Below, one piece after another: positions 15,475 to 23,572 of a DNA stretch of 42,332 nucleotides (positions are counted from its first letter, which is position 1; every line of letters starts with the position of its first letter). The position numbers and the translations under genes were made by a program. Below the pieces are notes generated by a model that was given only the letters and a program-made list of their open reading frames with translations, made no database searches and had not been told where the DNA came from. The DNA comes from a virus. Its lineage: Duplodnaviria > Caudoviricetes. Location: positions 1-42,332 of the IMG/VR virus record IMGVR_UViG_3300012667_000485; one strand, given 5' to 3'.

Positions 15475-17318
15475 TTTCAGCATACACAATTGAAGCGGTA
15501 AAACAGGCTATGAATGTCGTTGAGGTGGTAGGGGACTATGTCAAGCTGAAAAAAAGCGGTACTGACTATGAAGCGTGTTGTCCTTTCCACAACGAAAAAA
15601 GCCCGTCATTTAAAGTTCACCCGATAAAAGGAATTTACAAATGTTTTGGATGTGGCACAAGTGGCGATGCAATAGAGTTTGTAATGAAGCACCAGCAAAA
15701 GACATACCCCGAAGCGTTGGAAATTTTGGCAAAACGGTACAATATCCCAATTGAGGAAGATAAACCGCAGCCCAAACGTGTGTATAAACGCCCACAGATG
15801 CCAAAATTCGACCTTTCACCGCTTGCCCTTACCTACTTTACCTCTCGCAAAATATCGGGGCAAATTTTGGCAGATTTTAAGGTGACTACAAAATTTGAGT
15901 GGATGCCTAAAACTAAATCAGAAGTTGAATGTATCTGCTTTAACTATTTTCGGGGCGGTGAGTTGATAAATGTTAAGTACAGAGCAAAAGATAAGGATTT
16001 CAAACTTGAGAAAGACGCAGAACTGATATTTTACAACCTTGATAGCCTTAAAAATGCCAAATATGCGGTAATTGTTGAGGGTGAAATTGATGCTTTAAGC
16101 GTGGCGCAATCAGGGTTTAAAAATGGCATTGTATCAGTTCCAAACGGTGCAAATGTTACAGGTGCTATGAAATTGGAATACCTCGATAACTGCTATAAAG
16201 AATTTGAACACATAAAGCAGATTGTTATTTTTACCGATAATGATGAGGCTGGCAGAAGGTTACGTGATGAATTAGGTAGACGGTTAGGGTATGACAGGTG
16301 TTACATGGTAACGGACTACAAAGGCTGCAAAGATGCTAACGAGATACTTGTTAAACATGATGCAGATGCAGTACTAGAGGCGATTACATCAGCTACAGAA
16401 TTTCCAATAGAAGGTATAGTAAGTGTAGATGACATTTACAAAGATGTGCATAGCTTTTACGTTAATGGCTATCCTAACGGTTTTAAAAGTGGTATACCCA
16501 ACTTTGATAACTTGTTACAGTTTATGTTGGGGCAATTTACAGTAATTACAGGCGTACCGAGTTCAGGCAAAAGTGAGTTTACAGATTACATAATTACGGA
16601 ACTTGCAAGGGTGCATGGCTGGCGTTTTGCTGTATGTAGCTTTGAAAATCAACCAGCAAGCCTACACGTAACTAAGCTAATGGAAAAACACGCTGGCAAA
16701 TCGTTTGCAGACAGGTACGACAAAGCGCACCGAATGGATGTAACTGAGTATGAAGATGCTATTAACTTTGTTTCTGATAGGTTTAATTTTATCAACATAA
16801 ACACCATCGATGTAACACTAGATGGAATACTTGAAAAGTGTGCTGAATTGGTGTTAAGGCGTGGCATAAGAGGCGTATTAATTGACCCGTGGAACTACAT
16901 CGAATACAAGGCTCAAAACGGACAAACTGAAACGAAATATACAAGTGACGCACTTACCAAAATAAAGGCATTTTGCATACGTTACAATGTGCATTTATTC
17001 CTAATTGCACACCCTACTAAGATGCCAAAGGTTAATGGTAAATATGAAGTTCCAAACCTTTACAGTATCTCAGGTAGCGCACACTTTTATAACAAGGCAG
17101 ATAATGGGATAGTAGTGTACAGAGATACCGAAACGGTACAAATTTATGTGCAAAAAGTCCGTTACAGTTGGTTGGGCAAGATAGGGATGGCGGAATTTAA
17201 GTACAACATTGATAGACGTAAATATGAAGCAATCGGAGAGCCTGACCCATTTATGAAGCAAATACCCGATAATCCGTATGCAGGTATAACTAAAAAAGAC
17301 AATTCCGTACCATTTTAA
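15471..17318 (+). CDS. Primase-helicase (CHC2 zinc finger, TOPRIM, DnaB/SF4 helicase)
   Basis: CPFHNEKSPSF...YKCFGCG; VEGEIDALS; DNDEAG; GVPSSGKS; LIDPWN; IAHPTK; SGSAHFYNKAD. Confidence 0.95.
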   Translation: MISAYTIEAVKQAMNVVEVVGDYVKLKKSGTDYEACCPFHNEKSPSFKVHPIKGIYKCFGCGTSGDAIEFVMKHQQKTYPEALEILAKRYNIPIEEDKPQPKRVYKRPQMPKFDLSPLALTYFTSRKISGQILADFKVTTKFEWMPKTKSEVECICFNYFRGGELINVKYRAKDKDFKLEKDAELIFYNLDSLKNAKYAVIVEGEIDALSVAQSGFKNGIVSVPNGANVTGAMKLEYLDNCYKEFEHIKQIVIFTDNDEAGRRLRDELGRRLGYDRCYMVTDYKGCKDANEILVKHDADAVLEAITSATEFPIEGIVSVDDIYKDVHSFYVNGYPNGFKSGIPNFDNLLQFMLGQFTVITGVPSSGKSEFTDYIITELARVHGWRFAVCSFENQPASLHVTKLMEKHAGKSFADRYDKAHRMDVTEYEDAINFVSDRFNFININTIDVTLDGILEKCAELVLRRGIRGVLIDPWNYIEYKAQNGQTETKYTSDALTKIKAFCIRYNVHLFLIAHPTKMPKVNGKYEVPNLYSISGSAHFYNKADNGIVVYRDTETVQIYVQKVRYSWLGKIGMAEFKYNIDRRKYEAIGEPDPFMKQIPDNPYAGITKKDNSVPF

Positions 17319-17328
17319 AACAAACAAT

Positions 17329-17652
17329 ATGAAAATGACAAAAGAAACAGCAACACAATTTTTCTCCCTTTATTACGGAGGCGAACACCACTTTCCAAAC
17401 CAAATAAAAGAATGTGGTCATGGGTGGTCAATGGTAGACACAAGAGGTTTTTCCACTTATGATTTTTACAACCTAACAAAGTTGGTGCTAATGGCGCACA
17501 AATATGCTATACGTGTAGAAATACAAACATACGGCATAAACAAGCAAAAAATATGTATTTGGCAACGTGTAAGAGAGGGTAAAATGAGTGAACGCCACCC
17601 AACTATTGAAGATGCAATTAACAACATTGTTTTACCTGAAAAATTAGATTGA
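17329..17652 (+). CDS. Hypothetical phage protein
   Basis: FSTYDFYNLTKLVLMAH..AIRVEI...ERHPTIEDAI. Confidence 0.75.
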   Translation: MKMTKETATQFFSLYYGGEHHFPNQIKECGHGWSMVDTRGFSTYDFYNLTKLVLMAHKYAIRVEIQTYGINKQKICIWQRVREGKMSERHPTIEDAINNIVLPEKLD

Positions 17653-17653
17653 T

Positions 17654-18037
17654 ATGACACACGTACAAAAAGAAACAGCAGTTTTGCTGAAAGAAAAGGG
17701 GTACAATGTACCGAACAATAACTACTATGCCATAGGAGGGAATAGTAATAATTTTATTGAGAGCGAAAGCGTTAAGAGAAAAGACTTTAATGGTTTAGGT
17801 GAATATTATTTTACCCGACCAACACTTTACGAGGCTACCGAATGGCTCAGAGCAAAAGGGGTGCATGTGGCTTTAGTTCCTACATTTAGAAAAAGCACTT
17901 GGGATTTTCAGTATTTCATTTACAACAATGAAACCAAATGTTGGGATTTGGGAGAAAAAGGAAATTGGTCATACCCAACCCACGACCAAGCACTAGAAGC
18001 TGGTATTATTCACGCATTAAAAAACTATGTGAAATGA
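17654..18037 (+). CDS. Hypothetical phage protein
   Basis: ETAVLLKEKGY...RPTLYEATEWLR.KG...THDQALEAGI. Confidence 0.75.
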   Translation: MTHVQKETAVLLKEKGYNVPNNNYYAIGGNSNNFIESESVKRKDFNGLGEYYFTRPTLYEATEWLRAKGVHVALVPTFRKSTWDFQYFIYNNETKCWDLGEKGNWSYPTHDQALEAGIIHALKNYVK

Positions 18038-18378
18038 CAACTAACGAGATAATTAAAGAGATTGCGGTGTATAATGGGTACATATACTTTGAAACATTAA
18101 GTAACAGATATTTTCATAAAGAAGGTATTGTTTATTTCTACAGCGATTTAAAACACTACATCACCGACCTTAACATATTACATCGGGTGGCGGTGAAGGT
18201 GTACGGTGAAATGCAGTCTAAAATAACAGAAAGCCACAAAGGTATAGATTGGGATGCGTCTAGTCACTGCAATACCATACTTTACTCACTACTGGACCTA
18301 CCAATCAACGGTGAATACATAACGCTCGCTACGGCTACTACTGAGGCGATTGTTTACCTTAAAAAGTATAAAGCATAG
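18034..18378 (+). CDS. Hypothetical protein
   Basis: ATGA-coupled start MTTNEIIKEIA. Confidence 0.65.
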   Translation: MTTNEIIKEIAVYNGYIYFETLSNRYFHKEGIVYFYSDLKHYITDLNILHRVAVKVYGEMQSKITESHKGIDWDASSHCNTILYSLLDLPINGEYITLATATTEAIVYLKKYKA

Positions 18379-18395
18379 TAACACCTACCTACAAT

Positions 18396-18432
18396 AAAAA
18401 AGCCCCCAAAATCGAAAGATATGGGGGCTTTA
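18396..18432. terminator. Bidirectional intrinsic terminator
   Basis: AAAGCCCCCA...TGGGGGCTTT between convergent operons. Confidence 0.8.
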
Positions 18433-18446
18433 ATGTGTTGTGTGTG

Positions 18447-18935
18447 CTATTCAACAAACCCGTCATTTAAATGACCGAGATAAAGACCACCTAAAAGTCT
18501 TTCGCTGTTGTAGGCAAAGAAAATATCATAAGCGTCTACTGTGCCTTTACGTATAACCTCTATGTTTTCAAATTCAATTGGTTGTAGCCCGTTATCAGCT
18601 AATCTTGTATTGCTAATGCCAGTATGTAGTATTTTCACAAACTCTATCCCCTTACCTTTCTTTGCCGCCACATCTTCGCCTAATACGGTGCATACGGTTT
18701 CGGGATTTGATGTTGTGCCATCGTTCCAGTGACCGAGGTAGGTAATGCTAGCATCGTTACTATCACCACATAAAATTAAGTCTAAACCATCTTTAGCGTT
18801 TCTTTTTATTAGTGTGCAAAACTTCCATTGTATTGACTTTTCCGATGATTTTTTACCCGAATGGTAATATTTCACCAGTTCAATATTTTTACTCTCCTTT
18901 GTAGGCTCTTGACCTATGAATGTAACTTTTGTCAT
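18447..18935 (-). CDS. Hypothetical protein made of two tandem repeated domains
   Basis: Both halves carry IE(L/F)VK and end in YLGH(W/L)NDG. Confidence 0.75.
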   Translation of the reverse strand: MTKVTFIGQEPTKESKNIELVKYYHSGKKSSEKSIQWKFCTLIKRNAKDGLDLILCGDSNDASITYLGHWNDGTTSNPETVCTVLGEDVAAKKGKGIEFVKILHTGISNTRLADNGLQPIEFENIEVIRKGTVDAYDIFFAYNSERLLGGLYLGHLNDGFVE

Positions 18936-18952
18936 TTTGTGTTTTTATTTGG

Positions 18953-19192
18953 TTAAAAATCAACCGATACGGTTGTATCTATTGGTATAAAAAATTGTAT
19001 GTTCTTTTGTACTTTACCACCTAAAATTGGATATAAATTTCGGACACTATTAGAAATACCATTACCTACAAGTTTTTGACCGCTAAATGAATTAGCTGTT
19101 TTATCCCAATGAGTATTTCCTAATTGATATTTTTTGCCTTCAATGCTAATTATAGTTCCTATCTCTAATATGCTTATTTCTGCGTTCATCAT
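18953..19192 (-). CDS. Hypothetical protein
   Basis: 79-aa ORF in leftward operon. Confidence 0.6.
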   Translation of the reverse strand: MMNAEISILEIGTIISIEGKKYQLGNTHWDKTANSFSGQKLVGNGISNSVRNLYPILGGKVQKNIQFFIPIDTTVSVDF

Positions 19193-19200
19193 GTACGGTT

Positions 19201-19527
19201 TTATTTGGTTAAAAAATCCTGTGTCATACTATCCACCCACTTTTGCACGCTACCATGTTTCTCTACAATCTTAGTTTTTACTGTTGGTTTTATTCGTATC
19301 GTTGTAATCTCTTTTGGTGCGTTCCCTTCTGATTTGCGTTGTTCGGCTCGGATAATCTGCCAAGCGTTTGCCCATGCTTTAGGCTCTGATTGCTGAAGGA
19401 AACTTTTGCATAATTTGTTGTTATGTATAAAGGTAACGTAATAAGTTTCAGATATCATGTTGTACCTACATTCCGCTTTTGGCGAAACTTCAAGTACTTT
19501 TACTTTACTTATGATTGTTCTAGGCAT
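19201..19527 (-). CDS. Hypothetical protein with possible C-terminal RHH-like segment
   Basis: SKVKVLEVSPKAEC...AWANAW, then TTIRIKPTVKTKIVEKHGSVQKWVD. Confidence 0.65.
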   Translation of the reverse strand: MPRTIISKVKVLEVSPKAECRYNMISETYYVTFIHNNKLCKSFLQQSEPKAWANAWQIIRAEQRKSEGNAPKEITTIRIKPTVKTKIVEKHGSVQKWVDSMTQDFLTK

Positions 19528-19528
19528 G

Positions 19529-19738
19529 TTATATTATTTTATTGTGTCTTTGAAATACAATTACCAAATCGCTAGCAGATACACCAATAGTGTTAACTAT
19601 TTGTATATCCCTTACTTCTTCATCACTGTACATTGGTGCATTGTTTTCTATTTCGCTCCAAATGTCTAGCAATTCGTTTTTAATTTCCATTGCTTTACGC
19701 TTGCAATCCCTAAGTCGGTCTAATTGTGTCTGTGTCAT
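19529..19738 (-). CDS. Hypothetical protein
   Basis: 69-aa ORF. Confidence 0.6.
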   Translation of the reverse strand: MTQTQLDRLRDCKRKAMEIKNELLDIWSEIENNAPMYSDEEVRDIQIVNTIGVSASDLVIVFQRHNKII

Positions 19739-19756
19739 GTTATGTGTTTTAAATTG

Positions 19757-19984
19757 TTAATCAATTGTTTCGTCTGAAAATATTACATGGCATTTCATTT
19801 CACCGTCTATTACCTCATATAGCTTAGTAATTTTAGCCCTTACTTCCTCTCTAAATTCTTTATCGTCTGCAAATAATTCTATCAAATTTGCGTCTAATTC
19901 CATAGTGTATGCGTAAGGTCTTACACCTACACTACTGTCACCATTGAATAGTATTGTAGCGTGAAATTGGCTTTGTGCTGTCAT
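19757..19984 (-). CDS. Hypothetical protein
   Basis: Start MTAQSQF; acidic 75-aa ORF. Confidence 0.6.
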   Translation of the reverse strand: MTAQSQFHATILFNGDSSVGVRPYAYTMELDANLIELFADDKEFREEVRAKITKLYEVIDGEMKCHVIFSDETID

Positions 19985-20061
19985 AAAATATGTGTTTAGT
20001 TTTGCCCACACAAGCCGCCTGAATTAACAGAGCGGCTCGGTGGTTGTTTGCTAGTTATCGT

Positions 20062-20283
20062 TTAGAAATCAGTTGTAAATGTGTGTTTAGCTTGTAGCTT
20101 TTTTAGTTTAGCAGGTGTAACAATTTCGCCATTACCATCAGCCCAACGGATATAAATAGGCGACATTTGCATAATTCTAAAATCTACAGTTTGCTTTGTT
20201 TCATCTACTGTAGTTGGGGTATATTTACCCATTGGCATAGCGCATGATGTCTGCGTAAAAGTTGCTGTGTATTGTGTGTTCAT
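20062..20283 (-). CDS. Hypothetical protein
   Basis: 73-aa ORF with own promoter-like TACTTTTA (20311..20304). Confidence 0.65.
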   Translation of the reverse strand: MNTQYTATFTQTSCAMPMGKYTPTTVDETKQTVDFRIMQMSPIYIRWADGNGEIVTPAKLKKLQAKHTFTTDF

Positions 20284-20333
20284 AACTGTGTGTTTTTGTT
20301 TTGTAAAAGTAATACGTTTTGAATTAATAACCT

Positions 20334-20585
20334 AATTTATTTCCCCATCAATAATTCCGCTACCAATTCAGCACCTTCTAAAGTATCGCAATGCTGAGGA
20401 TTAGTGCAGTTTTTATCGTGAAATAAACCGTCTTGTGATTGTCTGCATAGTACAACATTATACCCCTCAGATAGTGGGTAAATACGCACCTGCCAATCGT
20501 TTGCAGTGTGGTATTTGTATGTTGGTGTGGTTGTGTATTCCATAGCCTTAATGCAGTGTGAGATGCTGCGCCCTGTGGGGTGTTA
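20334..20585. repeat. Direct repeat copy 1 (about 252 bp; partner 21233..21484)
   Basis: 20409-20585 is identical to 21308-21484; the rest is diverged. Confidence 0.95.
20337..20543 (-). CDS. Hypothetical protein, duplicated (copy 1)
   Basis: MEYTTTPTYKYHTANDWQVRIYPLSEGY... Confidence 0.7.
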   Translation of the reverse strand: MEYTTTPTYKYHTANDWQVRIYPLSEGYNVVLCRQSQDGLFHDKNCTNPQHCDTLEGAELVAELLMGK

Positions 20586-21161
20586 TGATAGTTTTTGAAG
20601 ATTATATTTGTCAATATTTACCCATTTACCTATGCCCATGCATTGAAAGCATAAACCTTCAGCTATGTGAGCATAATGAGCTAATTTGCCTATCCCATTA
20701 CACTTGCTACACTCGCTAACATATATAACATTGCTTATGTTTTCTATTTCGTCTTTTAGCAATTTACCCAAAATAGTAGCTATTGTAGACCATGATATAT
20801 CTTCAACAATTTCGGCTGTACACGTAAACATATCTTGATATTCCTCACCTTGTAGCCTAATTTGACCGCATTTAACTTCTGCAACACTTCTGTACTTTAA
20901 TGGGTTAAGTGCAATTTCAGATTGAGTAACAGAAGTGTTGATGATTTTAACTTTCTGTATGAAAATAGCTTTTTTGCCATTATTTATTCTTGTTCTATAA
21001 CTAACCCCATTACATTCATACCCTTTCCATAAAGAACAATGGTCTATAGTAATTGGTGTTTTTGCTATTTTCAAAAATACATCTATTGCATTTTTAAACT
21101 TATCAGATTTTTGCAGATTAGGGAATATGCTAATTATGTCTGCTGTGCTTGTAATTTTCAT
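20583..21161 (-). CDS. Hypothetical protein with C-terminal DnaJ-type zinc finger
   Basis: CSKCNGIG...CFQCMGIG; promoter TATCTTTG (21188..21181). Confidence 0.75.
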   Translation of the reverse strand: MKITSTADIISIFPNLQKSDKFKNAIDVFLKIAKTPITIDHCSLWKGYECNGVSYRTRINNGKKAIFIQKVKIINTSVTQSEIALNPLKYRSVAEVKCGQIRLQGEEYQDMFTCTAEIVEDISWSTIATILGKLLKDEIENISNVIYVSECSKCNGIGKLAHYAHIAEGLCFQCMGIGKWVNIDKYNLQKLS

Positions 21162-21232
21162 ATCGTTTGTGTTTAGAGTACAAAGATAATCCAAAGTGTA
21201 TTACAATCCTAATAAAAGTAGAACTATTTTGA

Positions 21233-21484
21233 AATTTATTTTCCCATCATTAATTCTGCTACCAGTTCAGCATTTTCTAAAGTATCGCAATGCTCAGGTA
21301 AGCAAAGGTTTTTATCGTGAAATAAACCGTCTTGTGATTGTCTGCATAGTACAACATTATACCCCTCAGATAGTGGGTAAATACGCACCTGCCAATCGTT
21401 TGCAGTGTGGTATTTGTATGTTGGTGTGGTTGTGTATTCCATAGCCTTAATGCAGTGTGAGATGCTGCGCCCTGTGGGGTGTTA
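21233..21484. repeat. Direct repeat copy 2
   Basis: Offset 899 bp from copy 1. Confidence 0.95.
21236..21442 (-). CDS. Hypothetical protein, duplicated (copy 2)
   Basis: Same N-terminal sequence as 20337..20543, variant C-terminus. Confidence 0.7.
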   Translation of the reverse strand: MEYTTTPTYKYHTANDWQVRIYPLSEGYNVVLCRQSQDGLFHDKNLCLPEHCDTLENAELVAELMMGK

Positions 21485-21691
21485 AGAAATGCAGTGTAAG
21501 TACTCAAAAGGGATAATTATAATGTCACTATCCCTTTGTGTAATAAATTCACAATCATTAAACGCATCGTAATCATTCATTGTAAATTGACCTTTATTGC
21601 ACTCTATTCTAATTGTTCCAATCTGATTAAAATCAACTCTAATAGATTCAAATGTGTAGTTTATTCCGAATTTCCTTATTACAGCTTTCAT
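21482..21691 (-). CDS. Hypothetical protein
   Basis: Start MKAVIRKFG after a GGGGTGCG hairpin element. Confidence 0.6.
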   Translation of the reverse strand: MKAVIRKFGINYTFESIRVDFNQIGTIRIECNKGQFTMNDYDAFNDCEFITQRDSDIIIIPFEYLHCIS

Positions 21692-21725
21692 AAAAAGATG
21701 CGTTACAGTCGCACCCCTGATTTTT

Positions 21726-22052
21726 TTAGTTAGATAATTCGTTGTGATTAACAACACATTTTTTATTGTCATCCCATACTTTGTGACAACCTACGCCAAA
21801 TACATCAAGGCAACTATAAACAGTTGCACCATGATTATAATTAGCTATTGTCATGTCTAGTATTTCTTGCTCACCATAATACGCAACTGGTGCAACATAA
21901 GGAGTTAATGACTTAGCTAATTTAGTGTATGTCATTTTGCTGTTAGTTTCGTAGGTGGTAATTTTATTGCCATTGATAGCAGTAATCACGTTTACACCGT
22001 ATGCCCCTTTGAATGTTACTTCTTGACCGATTGAAAATTGTGTGTTTCCCAT
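21726..22052 (-). CDS. Hypothetical protein
   Basis: Start MGNTQFSIGQEV after A-rich leader and promoter TACCTTTA (22096..22089). Confidence 0.65.
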   Translation of the reverse strand: MGNTQFSIGQEVTFKGAYGVNVITAINGNKITTYETNSKMTYTKLAKSLTPYVAPVAYYGEQEILDMTIANYNHGATVYSCLDVFGVGCHKVWDDNKKCVVNHNELSN

Positions 22053-22088
22053 TTTGTGTGTTTTTAGTTGTTTGTGTGTTTGATGATG

Positions 22089-22406
22089 TAAAGGTAATGC
22101 AAAAAGTAATACGGAGTGAATTATTTTGGAATTATTTTGAGATATTTTTAATAGCAATGTAAATATCTAATGTGTGGTGTTATTTAGTTTCGTACATTTT
22201 AAAATTAATACCCATAACGGTATTCATAAAATGAATGTATCTAGTCCTGTCAGATGGAGTAGAAAGAACGGTTGATATTTCTTTGCCTTCGAGTACTATT
22301 GTGTATTGTTTCATATTGTTTGCGTTATTTTTATCAAAGGTAATACACTATGTAATACAACCCTAATTAATTACCGATTATTTTGAGATATTTTTTATTG
22401 TAATAC
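22089..22406 (-). promoter_or_regulatory. Tandem early promoters with shared UP-like 19-mer and GTAWTAC boxes
   Basis: ATTATTTTGAGATATTTTT at 22131 and 22377; GTAATAC at 22106, 22340, 22352, 22400. Confidence 0.7.
22180..22314 (-). CDS. Small hypothetical protein (44 aa)
   Basis: MKQYTIVLEGKEISTVLSTPSDRTRYIHFMNTVMGINFKMYETK after promoter TACCTTTG (22342..22335). Confidence 0.55.
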   Translation of the reverse strand: MKQYTIVLEGKEISTVLSTPSDRTRYIHFMNTVMGINFKMYETK

Positions 22407-22452
22407 TGCATACACATTCAAAATCAACATGAAAATGTAGTATCTTTATATC

Positions 22453-22935
22453 ATGGCAATAACAAAATTTGACCCCGAACAACTCACGCAAAATCCATTC
22501 TCATACAGTCTGATAATAGAAGTTACCAAACGCTATGATAGTGGCAAATTTAAGCTATCTCATGACGGGGTAATGATACCTATTAGCCAACTATTAGAAC
22601 GGCAACAAACGACTAAAATCTATCATTGTGCAGGTATTACCGATATGGTATGCAATTTATCAGATAAAGCAATGAGGCTATACATGTATATCATTCACCA
22701 ACTAAACAGCAATGAAGACTACATTAAAATCAATTATAAACTATACATGACCAAAAGCAACATAAAAGATAAACGTACTTACAACGATGCAGTAAAGGAA
22801 CTAATCAGATACAACTTCATTGCGTCTACTGGGTTTGATAATGTATTTTGGATTAACCCAAATCTTATATTCTCAGGTAGCAGAATAACCAAATATCCCG
22901 ATAATGTAGTGATAAAAGGGCAATATACTGCATAG
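22453..22935 (+). CDS. RepL-like winged-HTH protein
   Basis: LSDKAMRLYMYII...RTYNDAVKELIRYNFIA...FWINPNLIFSGSR. Confidence 0.7.
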   Translation: MAITKFDPEQLTQNPFSYSLIIEVTKRYDSGKFKLSHDGVMIPISQLLERQQTTKIYHCAGITDMVCNLSDKAMRLYMYIIHQLNSNEDYIKINYKLYMTKSNIKDKRTYNDAVKELIRYNFIASTGFDNVFWINPNLIFSGSRITKYPDNVVIKGQYTA

Positions 22936-23170
22936 CCATGCAATGATAAAAAAACACATGAGTAGCCACTGTAAAGGCTTTGAGGCACTTATTAAAACAT
23001 TTAAGTTGCATGCTAATATATAGCACCTATAAAAACACACGAAAAAACACCTGAAACACAATACAGGCGTACGTTTCAGGGCTTTTGCGGCTTGCATACA
23101 AATGCAGATTATGGGGTTCGGTTGGTGCAGAATACTATTTTACATACCTTTACAATAAAATTATAATGTT

Positions 23171-23572
23171 ATGGGCAAAATGAATGATGAGATATTTACC
23201 CAAATATGCGAAATAACCGCTAATACTTCTAAAGGTATTCAAGTTATAATGCAAGACTTTGATATATCAGTCGGTACATTTTGGAATTATAAAGAGAGTT
23301 CACCCGAAAGGATTGAACAGTACGCGCGCGCAAAACAAATGCAGTTACTTATATTAGCTGGTGAGATACTAACAATATCTGATGATAAGACAGATGATAC
23401 GTTAGACGGTGAATTTGGCAAAACTGGTAACAGTGCTGCGGTTAATCGTGCTAAGTTGCAGACAGATAGTAGGAAATGGTTACTCTCCAAACTTGCACCT
23501 AAAGAGTACGGGGATAAAATAGAAGTTGAACCAATCAAAGTAAACATTACCAAAACTGTAAACTTTGAGTAA
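23171..23572 (+). CDS. terS: Terminase small subunit
   Basis: EQYARAK...EILTISDD...AVNRAKLQTDSRKWLLSKLAPKEYGDK (Sf6 gp1-like); precedes terL. Confidence 0.88.
   Translation: MGKMNDEIFTQICEITANTSKGIQVIMQDFDISVGTFWNYKESSPERIEQYARAKQMQLLILAGEILTISDDKTDDTLDGEFGKTGNSAAVNRAKLQTDSRKWLLSKLAPKEYGDKIEVEPIKVNITKTVNFE

Noticed and set aside
20334-21484. Diversity-generating retroelement TR/VR pair
   Set aside because: Some mismatches fall at minus-strand adenines of copy 2, but others do not (A/G, G/C and a 9-nt block). Both copies are whole genes, and no reverse transcriptase is in the window.
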